A DNA stretch of 64,000 nucleotides from Geosiphon pyriformis uo1 (lineage: Eukaryota > Fungi > Glomeromycota). Below are positions 26,056 to 38,800 of this stretch, piece by piece. The stretch's first letter is position 1; each line of letters opens with the position of its first letter. A program made the translations under genes and the position numbers. Below the pieces are notes generated by a model, which ran no database searches, was not told where the DNA came from, and worked only from the letters and a program-made list of their open reading frames with translations. The stretch is taken from NCBI GenBank assembly GCA_016748015.1, contig JAAOMT010000764.1, forward strand, positions 8,336-72,335. Reading direction: 5' to 3'.

Positions 26056-28499
26056 GGGTAAAAGGTAAAGAATGATTATCAATTTCAAATAAGTTGCATT
26101 TGATAGAATTGTTTTAATATTCAGTTTCGCCATCCTTACTCATTTCTCAATTTTCCCACCAGCTGAACGTCATAGGAACTTCGATCTGGCTTGTGAAAGA
26201 AAAACAAAGACTTTAACTTTCATGTAATTTACGAATCCCTGTCTTAATTTGATATATGATCAATTTTGTAGATATCACCGAAAAGTAACAAAACGTAGAA
26301 ACGATTTATTTAATTTTTGATTTGAGATTTTGTAACCCTATTATAGAATTTAATTTTTATTCGCGTACCGATTCACGAATGGAATGAAAAAATACGATTG
26401 CTACTCGATTTTTCAGAGAAGTCGAAAGAAAGCAACCAACTACGTTTACGAAACCTTTTCCAGATGCAGCTTATGAAAGAGTGTTTGGAAAAATGGTTTG
26501 TTGGATTTTTTGAATTCATTTTAGAGTGAAATAATTTTATTTTTGAGGGGTTTGGGTCTTTTACCACTTCGGTTTCTAAATAAGTTCTAGGATAACTTCT
26601 TTAATAACCTCCAATTACAATCACCGAATTTGGCTCCCAATCTATAGCCTGTTTGGTACGCAAACGGAGAATATTAATCATATTCACAAAGATCCACTAA
26701 TTATGTCGCATTCGTATTGCGCACGAATATGTGGATCTTTGGGTACATCCATCCTGCTTTAGCTTCTTTTTGTTTAAAAACAATATTTCTGGAAGAGTCA
26801 AAGTTGGGGGATTTTCAATTAATAAATAGAGCTAGGTTAGGATGTAATAATTTTAATTTTATTTATACCAGCCATGCCTTTTTATAGTCATTTATCGAAT
26901 GTGAAGAGTCTAGATAAATTTCAGAAACTCATGATACCTAATAGAAGATGCTGCCGCATGATCCTTAGCCACCTCTACACAGGGTGATCATGTTTTGAGG
27001 CTCCGCGACTTGAGTTTAATTTTACTGCTTCCTTGCCCCATCACACAGCCTTCATAATACTAGAGTCGACTTTACAAAAGATTACCCGATTTTGGACGTT
27101 CATCATTTGCCTCACACATATTGAAAGATATTGCGAATATTGCAAGATATATTAGCATCGCAATTCCACAATGTAAGATACACTGCAATTATTAGAGCGT
27201 AATAATAGGTGAGAGATTTATCAACCCAAAACTACTCGAGAACGCGGTTCAAGCTCATCAAGTAAAGCACACCACATGACCACGAGATCGTGGACATTAA
27301 AATAAAACCTGCCAATAGCTATTTTGGAAAAACAATTGGCGGTATTTAGGCCTTTGCATGTCATGCAATGGTAACAATTTTGTTCGAGATTATATTTGCT
27401 AGTTGGCAACAGTATTGAGAGAAATAGAAAATTGAATACATGAAATCTTTTCTTTGCAAGAACTAATTTAAAGAAATTTTATATTAAAAAGACTTTCCCC
27501 CTAAATCAACGGATAAAAACCGCAATGAATATTGTAAGATATCAGCCATTGACCACCAAAATTATTTAGCAATTGGCTGAAGTTTTAACGCGGTTTAACT
27601 ATTTTATTTTAATTTCTCAAAAAGAGCTAATAAAGATGTGAATAAGTATTGAAAATTGAGTGGTGGTTTCTCGTAAGAAACCTTATTCCTGAAGAAGATT
27701 GAATTTTATTTGATTTTGATAATTATCCTTCTTAAATGTCTATCCTAATATTATATTTGCAGGAAATGTTTTAGAAAATGACTTTAATCGTTTAAATAAC
27801 GACCAAAACAAGTTGAATATATCAGGATGAGGAAATTTAGTGGTGTATAAAAGAGCAATCATTGAACTTTTGGAAAAAGCACTTGCTTTCATACATGAGG
27901 TCTATGATGGTAGACAGCAGCAATTTGTTGGAGGAACCAAGAAATTTGAACAGATTGGCCAGACTATAATTGATTTCGGGAAAAGATTTCACGATTTTTG
28001 TGGGTTTTTTTTAGTTCTTGAATTTGAATTTTCTGTCAGCAGAAAGTTTATTTTCTTGTTACAAGCATTGATAAACCAAAGAGACATCGATGTTTCAAAA
28101 CTTAAATTAATTTTACATGATTATTTTCTATGAAAAGCTTCAGGGCGACTATCAATCAAGATGGTAGAGACATTCCCCAGCGATAGTATTTCTTAATTTT
28201 CCCGATTGGAATATTTGTATGCTATACCAAATTGGTCATAATTAAAATAGCTGATCTTTAGAATAATTGTCACTGTTATTGTCATTGTAGCTTTTACATG
28301 TTTATTGTTTTATATAAGTAAGAGACTATCACTTTAACTTTTTTTTTACACTTTTACAAAGTGTAGCCCAATTACTAACTATGACATAAAATCTAAAAAT
28401 ATTACAAATAACCATGACTTACGTGTTTTTTACATGTAACTAGTCATCTAAACCAGTTAAGACCAAACTAGTTAAATTTACAGAAGCAAACTTACCCAA

Positions 28500-30000
28500 T
28501 ATAATCATCTTTTGCATAATTACAGATTATTACTACCAAAAACTAAACCAGTTAACTATAATACAGTTTTATTTGCATCTAACTTAATGTTAAAAGCTTA
28601 AAGCTATTAAAAAACCATTATTTTTACAAAATTCTTCTTATTAATAAAAAAATCTGAATTATTATTAAACATATTGTTATTAAATAAATCATTTATGTCA
28701 TATTCTATCTTAAGATTAATAATTTTCTTATTTAAATTTGCAACAATTTTTTTAAAATACCATTATTTTTTTTAATTATAAGAATTTTTTTCTTTATTTT
28801 AATATCAATAAAAGTAAAAATATTTATTAATTTTGTAATTAAAACAATCTAAAAACCAATAAACTTGACAATAAACTTAATTAACAAAGTTTAGCTTCAT
28901 CAACTTTGATTAAAAAGAGGTTAACTTAAAGCTAATCATAAAATTAATATCAATAACAATAGAAAAAACCAAAGAAATAGTAATTTTTACATATAATTTT
29001 AGATTAATAAAACAAAATTTAAAAACCTTAGAAACAATCACAGATTTTAAAAAAAAAACAAGAACATTTTATAATCTACAGCCAAAAAATTTACATTTAA
29101 ATATTTAAAAAAAAGTTAATAATTAGGGATTTTTTATTAAATACAACTTTTTTTAAAGTATTGGTTTTAATAATAGTAGTATTTAAATTTTTAATGAAAA
29201 TTAAAATTAACAATAATATATCTTAACTATTAAACAAAATTAAAAAAATTAAAAAAATTTAAATATTGTTTTTTATAAAAACTAATCAGCAAACCAAAAT
29301 AACATGTAAAAATACATATAACTTAAAATAAATAATATTGTATTATGACTGACCAACAAGCTTTAAGTTAATACCAACAACTTTGCCAAAAACACTTAAA
29401 ATATTTTTAATATTATTTATAGTAACTTTAAAAAAAATATTATAAAAAATTACAATAACAAAAAACAAAACCAAACACAAAAACCATAAAAAACTTTGTA
29501 ATTTTAAGAATAGAAAAAATAAGTAATTTAACAAGCTTAAATTGTATAATAGCATCTAAAAAAGCTTAATATTGTTCTTAATAGTTAATTTTAATTAAAA
29601 AAAACATATAAAAACTAAAATATAATTTTAACAAAAGCTATTTTAACTTTTAAAAATTTTTCAAGTATTAATATAAAAACCACTTATTCAAATTTTTTTT
29701 AATAACTTATAATAATTTTTTAATTATTAAAAAAAATTAGGTTCTATTTAATTTATTTAATTTTTAAAATCTAATAATTTAATAAATCAATTAGTTGAAA
29801 TTATATATAAAAACATAACTTGTTTTGTTTTTAAGATTAATTAAAATTTGTTATATTAAAAAACAGGAAAAACCACAACTATATTTTTTATAAAAAAAAA
29901 ACTGGTTTTATTATAATTAAAATATTATTAAAGATACCAAAAAAAACAGAGTTTTTTGATATTATTACAGTTAAATTTTTTACTTTTTAGCTTTTATTTA
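28500..30000 (+). mobile_element. Probable LTR retrotransposon relic (protease-like and integrase C-terminal-like traces), hypermutated
   Basis: att ctt ctt att aat aaa aaa tct gaa tta (28631-28660) back-mutates to ILLIDGGSEL (retropepsin-like); ata aat aat att gta tta (~29328-29345) to I/VGDIVL. Only two weak motifs. Confidence 0.35.
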
Positions 30001-30074
30001 TTTATTTATTTAACCATAATTAGTCACATGTATTAGTTACTAATATTATTAAATTAGCCATCTTATTTTTAGAA

Positions 30075-30196
30075 TTAGTTATTAATGTAATTATTAACTT
30101 GATCAATGACTTAATTATTGACTTAGTTATTAACCTAATTATTAACTTGATTATTGACTGAGTTATTAATATAATTACTAACCTAATTATTGATCT
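30075..30196. repeat. Degenerate 12-bp tandem repeat (~10 units, consensus ~TTATTGACTTGA)
   Basis: Units such as ttattaacttga, ttattgacttag, ttattaacctaa, ttattgactgag; explains the 4-residue periodicity of ORF 30020..30217. Confidence 0.8.
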
Positions 30197-31800
30197 TTTT
30201 TGAAAATATATAAACAAGATCTTTTAAAGTTATAGAAAAGCATTTACATTTGAATTACAGTCAAATTAATACAATAATATTAATTCTTTATTTTTTTTTT
30301 ACTATTTCTTTTCTCTTTTCTTTTTTTAATTTGTATAATTGTTAGTTTTTGTGAAATATATTAAATAAACGTTTACTGAAAAGTATAACTGATATCTAAT
30401 ATTGAATTTTAAAAAGTGTTAACATAAGACATAAAATTATTTTAGCATGTTATCTTTTGTTGACAGTACAAACTATCTCTCTACTTTTAAATTTTCTTGT
30501 TACTTTTTGGAAAGAATAGCAATTGAGATATTTATGAGACTGATCTTACACATAAAATTCTTATTAATTTAATTTACTTATTAAAGTTGAATTATTTTTT
30601 TGATTATTTTATCACTATACAATACTGTTATTTCTTGCTATCTGTTAGCTTGTTAATCAAACTGTAACAGTATTACAAAAAAATTAATAACTTATTTAAA
30701 AAAAAAGAAAAAAAAATTGCTTTTTTGCTGTTTTGGCTTTCTTATTATTTAAATAGCTAAAAGAAAAAATGCAAAAAAAATAACAGCTTGATTACCAACC
30801 TAAGATTAAAAACTTTAAAACTTTTTGAATAATAGTGATTACATCAGAACTATTTTTAGTATGCTATTTTTAAGGAACTTTGAAAAAAAAACTTTTATTT
30901 AAAGCAAAAAAAGTATTTTAAAATTAGCAAAAACCTAGTTTACTTCAATATTATTTAAAAAAAGCATTTTTATAAAGCGTTGTTAAGCAGTCTTTATAGT
31001 TGTAAGTGTTTTTAGTGAAGATATTACAAATAATTTCAAGTACTATGGAGTTTACAATATTTTTACTCTTTGCTTTAAGTGTTTTCATAAAAATACAAAA
31101 AAAAGCTTATATAAAAGAAAATAAAGTTAATTAAATTAAAAATAGTAATAAAAACAATAAAAATAATTAAAAAGATTCAAAAAACAATAAATTTTAAGAT
31201 ATTTCAAAAAAATTATTAATTAAAAGTTAATTAATAATATGATCAGATTTAAATCAATTTATTTATAAAATAATTAATATAAAAGAAGACAAAAACTCTC
31301 TACTTTTGTTCAAGTCATATAAATTGAATTAAATATGACAAATTTACAAGTTTGTACAATAAAAATTAATTGTATTCATAATATTAAAAAAAGTTATAAT
31401 GCAATACTTTATCATAAAAATCAATTCTATTTATAATAATCAATTTTTCATTAAAATTTTGTTTTGTTTATAGTAAGCATTTTTTTAAAAAATCTTTGAC
31501 TTTGTTTATAGTAAAAAATTTTCTATATTAATGAAAAGCAATAGTAGTTTTTCAAATATATAAATTGTAGCATTATCCAAAAGACTTGAATATTTTTTGG
31601 AATTTTGTATTGGGATATTAAATTTTAATACCAATATAATTGATAATATCTGAATTTAAATTTTTCGTAAGAAATTCATTTTTTTGTTTCAAAATATTAT
31701 GTATTGTTGTTTCCTTTATGTTAAATTAATTTGTTAATGCAATGTTGGATTAATTTATTTAGATTTTGAGGGCTCTTTATTAATTGAGTAATTTTGCGTC

Positions 31801-32963
31801 TACAGGAGGATGAGAAAAATATCGAATATTTCGTGCACGCGTTTTTTTGTAAAATAAAAAGCATTGGAATGTTTGGTTAAATGGGAGTTAAATTAGGATA
31901 AAAAAAACCAAATCTTCTTCTAATTGTCGCGTATTACTGAACGAAATGAGACACGCAAAAAATATTACTCCAGAACAAAAAAACAAGCATTTTTTCATGC
32001 CACAAATTAAATGCTTCACAAAAAGAAATTGTTGAAAATTGTTGGATGTTCTCAAAAAACTGTTTCACAAAATTTATTGAATAAAAATTCATCGAAAAAA
32101 CAATTTGGACGTCCTCGAATCATGACAGGTCCAAAAGGCAAGATGTTAACAGAAAATCTTGCTCAAAATAAAGAATCTCGACGAATCAATTTAATGTAAA
32201 TCTAACGACTTTTTTCCAACCAAAACAATGGCCAAATAGTATCAAAATGAAAATTTTGAACGTGCTTTGAAAGAAGAGGTTATTCGCTCTTGTATTCCAT
32301 GAAAGAAACCTATAATTTCGATTGAAAAGAGGCTAAAGACTCTATTTTGCTAGAAATAAAATACAGACATTGGACTGTAAATGACTAAAAAAATGTCATT
32401 TGGTCAGATGAATCAACATTTTTCACAATTTCAAACTTGAAGATGGGGTCGAGTTTGACGAGGAGTCTCATAATGAGTGAATTGCTTCAACTGTAAAGCA
32501 CAGTTCAGCAAGAATGGTTTGGTTTTTTTTCATGGATTGGTTTTAGGACCCATTGTTCCATTAAAAGGTTCAATTACTGGTATTACTCATTGCTTGTGAA
32601 GTTTGGGCTAATTATGCTATATCAACTCTTGACGCACATCCATGGCAAGTTCAAAAGAAGTTTTTTTTTGAAGAGGACAATGCTCCAGTACACATTTCAA
32701 AAGTTGCCCAAATTTCTTAGAATTTAGCCATGACCATCACAAAGTCTTGAACTTAATCCTATTTAAAAATTATGATCTTTTGTTGAGTCAGGATTTCAAA
32801 AATGCAATCTTCAACATCTAATATTCAAGAATTGGAGTTAATGATTATAGAAGAATGGAATGTACTGCCTCAAAAACTATACCGAAAATTAATTAGTTCT
32901 ATACTTGGCAGAATTGAAGCTATTATCTTAGCCAAAGGTGGAAGTATACCACATAGAGGTATA

Positions 32964-33019
<56 letters not shown>

Positions 33020-33090
33020 GTTAAATAAATGTAAAAGCTTTAGTTTATCATTTTGAAAGTTTATAAATAATATTATTGTCGTCTCCTGTG
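31801..33090 (+). mobile_element. Tc1/mariner DNA transposon, inactive (~1.3 kb)
   Basis: Disrupted transposase: GRPR, KKP, RHWT..VIWSDESTF, FEEDNAPVH, *PSQSLELNPI, EEWN..RIEAIILAKGG. Begins TA-caggaggatgagaaaaata; degenerate inverted match tattattgtcgtctcctgtg at 33071-33090 (16/21 by eye). Confidence 0.9.
32969..33019. repeat. (ATT)n microsatellite inside the Tc1 3' end
   Basis: Direct reading; source of the poly-Leu and poly-Asn ORFs. Confidence 0.95.
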
Positions 33091-33778
33091 TATGAGATGA
33101 AATCTTTAGAAACGTGGACATCAAAAGAATTTCTTGATTAGCCGTTTCCCTTTTAATAATTTAATTATGCCAATATTGCGAATTTGTATGTTGATGAAAC
33201 GGCAACTAAAAGTGTACAAAGGCTTTTCAATCACTTGTTACCCTTATCTAATTTACCATACAACATCCAAAAAGAAAAGGAAATTTAGCTAACAGAACCT
33301 CAGCCGCTGTGAAAACAATTCTCTTGAATTGACTCCAAAAGGAAGTCTAAAACTTTAAACATCCTATACACAATCTCGGAAACAGATTTGTGTGTCAATC
33401 AAACCTATTTGAGAATATTCACTATCGACTAATCCAGCATCACAGCAGAAACCATTAAAAAATCTATCAATATATAATTACAAATAAAAAAAAAATAAAT
33501 CTAGCCCAGCTTGCCAGACGAAATCACTATTATATGAAAACGATTGCTTTCTTTCGACAGATTATAGTCTCGCTTGAAGAAATAATATTTTCTTTTAGCT
33601 GCTTTAGCCTAATAAAAAACTTCACTTTTCACTTAATTATTAACTACTGATATATTACACAGAGACGTATGGTCACGTTCACTTTTAATTTTGATGTCTG
33701 AATGCTCCACTTACCACCTTTAAAAAAATTTCAAAGACTAATGTTAAACATCATACTATCACTTATTAAGTCCCCCTT

Positions 33779-35203
33779 TCAAAGCTTGATTTCCTCCAAA
33801 TTTGAATTAAAATGTTTGAAACTCTTCATGCTTAGATGATCCGAAACTTGTTTCACCGTCAACCAGGGCAATGTTTTAGCGATCGAATCAAGAAGATCAA
33901 AAGACGCGCGGTTAAGATTCATCTTATAATCAATTTCAAAGTTTTCTTCTGGATTGTAAGTAAGAGATCTATGATTCAGTGTCTCTTCACTGGCTGTAGT
34001 ATTATGACCTGAATCACTGCCTTCTAATCTGCGAAGGGTTGTTGAGAGTGATTCATTTTGAGTTGCATCAAATTTTTCCTGAAAGAAACCCGAAGTAGAC
34101 ATTTCCTTCTGCACTGACTCCTTACGCTCTTTTTCTGTACGTCTTGCTCGTAATGCAATTACCCATACGACATATGCCGACCATAATTGCGTCATGAAAA
34201 GCCCAGCTAACAGAATGGGTAAAATAATATTGAATCCGAGAAGCTGTGAATAGTTTCCTTTTTTATAAAAAGGCAAAAAGAATTGAGGCCATTTAGTACA
34301 TTTAAAATTAAATAAATATTTACTTGTGACAAAGTCTGCTTTTTTTTCTCACCTGGATTAGGTAGTAAATATATTCCCCAAAAAGTAAATGCCCAAATAA
34401 GACCTGCAACTTTCGCGAGAAAAACTTGCACAGCTGAAAAGAAAAGTACTGGCGCTGCCCAAGATGGCTTTAATCGGTAGAATAATAATCCGAAAAATGT
34501 TGTCTGTTCTGTGGTTGCTTGAAAAATCAAAATAACGCCCAGACTAAAAAGGTGCAGATTGGCCCTATTATTTTTTGGAAAATAGCTTTTTAGTTAGGGA
34601 TCACATAAAAATGAAGAATTTCTAACATAAAGTCTTACGTGTCTATAAGGACGTAATATGCTATGACATTGATTGCAATGGATATTAAATGATGGAAGAT
34701 CAAAGGTATTCGCATACTTCGGTAAATCAATTCGAAAATATATCTAGAAAAATGTATATAGAGTACATAAAGGTTAGATCTTTCTAAAAATATTTCTTTC
34801 TATCGAAAGAGGCAATTAGTCTTGAAACTTACAAATCAACCATTAGAAGACAACAAGTTTGAGACAATTGATAATTAGTATAATTCAATTCGACTCGCAG
34901 TACCGGATATATTGAAATTTGAATAACCAATATGACTGTTGTGAAAATAATTTCCAAAATATAGGTAGTGCAATTCTTGACGTGCGTTGCACTCATATTA
35001 GGAACCACACGTCGTAATATGAATTCGGTAACCCGTGAAGTGGCCCATAGCGTAAGCAGATAGAAAATATGGTTGCACGTGAATATGTACAATGTAGTTT
35101 GATTGACTTTAGGAGAGAATTTTGTAGAAGGGTTCTTTTAGTCTATAAAATAGTTATCGCTCCCGAAAATCTTAAAAATTAAGAGGCAGCTTACGTTTTT
35201 CAT
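33779..35203 (-). CDS. Multi-pass membrane protein, TLC (TRAM/LAG1/CLN8)-like; start and last exon uncertain
   Basis: In-phase spliced exons give about 7 hydrophobic segments, with DLYIFELIYRSMRIPLIFHHL (TLC-like HH motif) and ATTEQTTFFGLLFYR, then a hydrophilic tail. Family call is from motif resemblance. Confidence 0.7.
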
Positions 35204-35849
35204 CACGAATTTTAAAGATTTCTTTCAATTCATCTAGTTCAAAATCTCTCCAGGATGGTGGTAAGTCATAAGTGTTTGCCATTGTCCAGCTAATAGTATA
35301 CAAGTTATAATAAAGGATAAGTCAAAGCTTTTTGGCAAAGAAAGAAAGAAAGAAAGAATAATAATAATCACCTAATGGTAGAATTGTGAATTCTTGATGA
35401 AAAATAGAAGAAAAAGGCCATGCCTTTTTATCCTGAAACTTCGAGATGATCCAAAACAGTAGTTGTTTGCAATTCATATCGGTTGCTTTCCATGTTGATA
35501 ATTTTGTTATGTCAATTCCCTCCGCATGTGACTCTTATCAAATGTCGAATTGTTTTTGCACACAAGACGAAAGATTCAGCGTTCTGAAATTTGCTAGGGC
35601 GAATAAAGTCTTGAATACTTTTTTTCGTCACAAAAACATTCCCCAAGTTTCCCTAATATTTTTATTAAACCTTACCTGGGATTAGCTCCATGAACTTTGG
35701 GAGAAGGCTTCGACATTATTCTCGTTGTTAACGACCTTTTCTTTTCCACAAGAAAAAAACATGTTTGTAAACAGCAATCTCAAAAAACTGGTGATTATTT
35801 TAAGAATTTCTAAGAAGGATGTTTTTTCGGCTTTGTTTAAATTTGGTAA

Positions 35850-38800
35850 TTTGCCAAATTAATCTCTTGACTTCTAGTTGGTCAAAACTAATTGGTAAAA
35901 ACTCTGTTTGTGTTACTAAGACTGTTAAAGGTTACAAGATCTGGAAGCAATAGAATAAGATGTGTTACTGTTTGTTTTAAAACTAAACAAAGTTTATTAT
36001 ATTATTTTAGTATTTATGCCAAGAAAAATGGTTCTATTTTCCATTTTATTGTTTTTGGTAACAAATTTTGAGCTCAAATGGTTTTGTTAAATTATTTGTT
36101 TGGTTTAGTTATAAATACAATTGTTAAATTCTTAGGTTTTTTATTGTTTGTTTTGAAACTAAAACTGAATATGTTAAAAAAACATAAACCTGCTTTTAGA
36201 TAAAATCTTAAAGTTGATGTCTAGATTAAATAATTTGTCTTTAATTGTTTTTCAAATATCTGTTGCTGTTTTTTTAGCATTGATTTCTGGTTTGAATATA
36301 ATTCTAAATAAGTCTTTTAAAGAAACCAATAATTTGTTATTCTTAAGTCTTGGAGTTTTTAATCTGTTTGTGTTTAAATTAAATAGTTTAAAAGTTATAA
36401 TGACAAAACTTTTGGGTTTTTAAGATTGTTCTTTCAAGATTTTTTACAATAATTAATTTAATTTAGAAAATTACAACTTGTAAATAAGAGAAATAAACAA
36501 TTTTGTCAAGTAAAATAATATAATAAAATAAAATAATATTATAATTTTTGTTGTTATTAAAACCAAGTTAAAAAATAGAGTCAAACTATAAATTATAAAC
36601 AACTTTAAAAATATAAGAGTTTTTACTTTGGTATTGTAATTATTATTAATAAAAACATAGTTAAACATATATACAAAATTTTTAAAATAATTAATCAGCT
36701 TTTGTTAATTAATTTGTTTTTTAAAAACAAACTTTTTATTATAATTTTAGAAGTTTATACTAAAGTTTTATTAAAAATATATTTAGTTTAAGCAAATAAC
36801 ATAAATTTTTTAATAGTTAAAACTATAAATAAAAGCACTTTTAAGATTTTAAATAATAATTTCAATAAAAATAAAATTGAATACAATGCTAACTTTAAAA
36901 AGTGTTTGGATTTAAGTTGTTTAATTTTTAATAGTAATTTTTTAATAAAGACTCTTATTTAATCCAATTTTAAAGACATAAAAAAAACTATAGATTTTAT
37001 TTTTATTAATAAAAGTCTTATTAATTTAATATATAATTAAGTTGTTTATAATTTAGACTATATCAATTGTTATTTAATTAAATACTATATGTAAACAAGT
37101 TAATAAAAATTATTAAAAATACAAAATTTACAATATAAAAAATTTAAGTAAAATTTAATAATCTATTTTTAATTAATATTTTAAATATTATAAATAATTT
37201 AATATTTTGATGGCTTTTAATACTTAATATCTTATTTTTTTTTAGTATAGTATTTAGTTTATTCAGGTATTTTTTATCTTTTTGATAAGTTATTTAATTT
37301 TTTATAAATTAATTTTACATTTTAGTTTTATGCTTTTTATTAAACTATTTTTGTTGTAATTTTACTGCCTATTTTTTAATTAATAAATTTAACAAAAAGA
37401 AAATTGATATTTTATTAATAATTATAATTAAAAACTATTAATTTAATAAATAGTATTAGTAAATTTATGTCTTTAGTATCTGTTGTTTTGTTAACAATAT
37501 AAATAAAGTAAGTATTTTAACAATAATAATTTCGATTTATAAGATTTTTTTGATAACATAATTAGTTTTCTTAGATAATTAATAAATTTAAATTATAACT
37601 TAATTTTTAAACTATTAGATTGTTAAATTTTGAATTATTTTTTATTTTATTATTATTATTATTATTATTATATATACTTATTTCTAATAATACAAAATAT
37701 TTTGGTATTTTTAATTATTTTTCTTTTATTTTTTAGTTATTTTTGGTATTTTTTGGTATTTTTAATATTTTTAACATTTTTTGTATTTTTAAAATCTCTT
37801 TAAGTATTTTAAAATTCCTGTTATTTTCTTTATTATATTATTATTTTAATGTTATTTAAAATGCTAAGTTTTTTGGTTTTTTTAAAGGTCTTTAACTTAA
37901 ACGATAATAACAAATTATATGTTTTTTTAGATAAGTAATTTAAGTTAAACTTGATTAAAAAAATTAATTTAGAATATTATTAAAAAATGGTTTTAATAAT
38001 TTTATTTTAGAACCTATTTTGGCTTATACAAAAAAAACATATAAGATTCATAAAATAATTAAGTTTAATTTAATTAAAAATTTATACATTAAAATTGTTA
38101 TTGTTAAATATATAAAAACATTTATTATAAATAAAATTATATTAATAAAAGTATTTTACAAAAATTTTTTTAAAAAGTAATTTTAAATTATTTAATAAAA
38201 AATAATAATTTGGTTAAAAATAAGATAAATATTATTATTAAAAATTGAACCAAAAAGTGAATAATATTAAAAAAATTTTGTTGTAATAGTATTATTAATA
38301 CAGTTTTTTAAAAATATTAATAATAGAGTATTTAATAATATTACAAAAAAATTAGTTATAATAAATTTGTGATTATTATTAAATGTTCTCTAAATAAAAA
38401 ACATTAAATTACTAAATATTTTTAATAAATTGTAAAAAAATTGTAACCAGTTTGTTTTGGGCTTGTTATTAAATTTAATAAATATATATTTACTAAAAAA
38501 TAGTTTTTAATGCTTAAAAAAAAACTTTGATATTAATAATTTTTAAATTATATAAAAAAAAGCATTTTATTGTTTTAATTAAAACTGTACAAAAATTTTA
38601 TTTAAAATTTTATTAAAATATATTTTTAATGCTTATAATTAATGTTTTATAAAAAGACAATATTTCTGTTTTAAAAGACAAATTTATTTTTGTAATTAAA
38701 TTTGTGATTAAGAATGCTTTAAAAAAAGACAAAAAAATTTGGCTAATGTTTTAAAATATGTGTAAAACATTTTAGTTTAATAATTGAATACAGTTTAAAC

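Noticed and set aside
27840-28133. 97-codon ORF
   Set aside because: GTG start, no recognisable motif or splice partners; cannot be supported as a gene.
30075-30196. CRISPR-like array
   Set aside because: Contiguous 12-bp units with no spacers, no cas genes, eukaryotic context.
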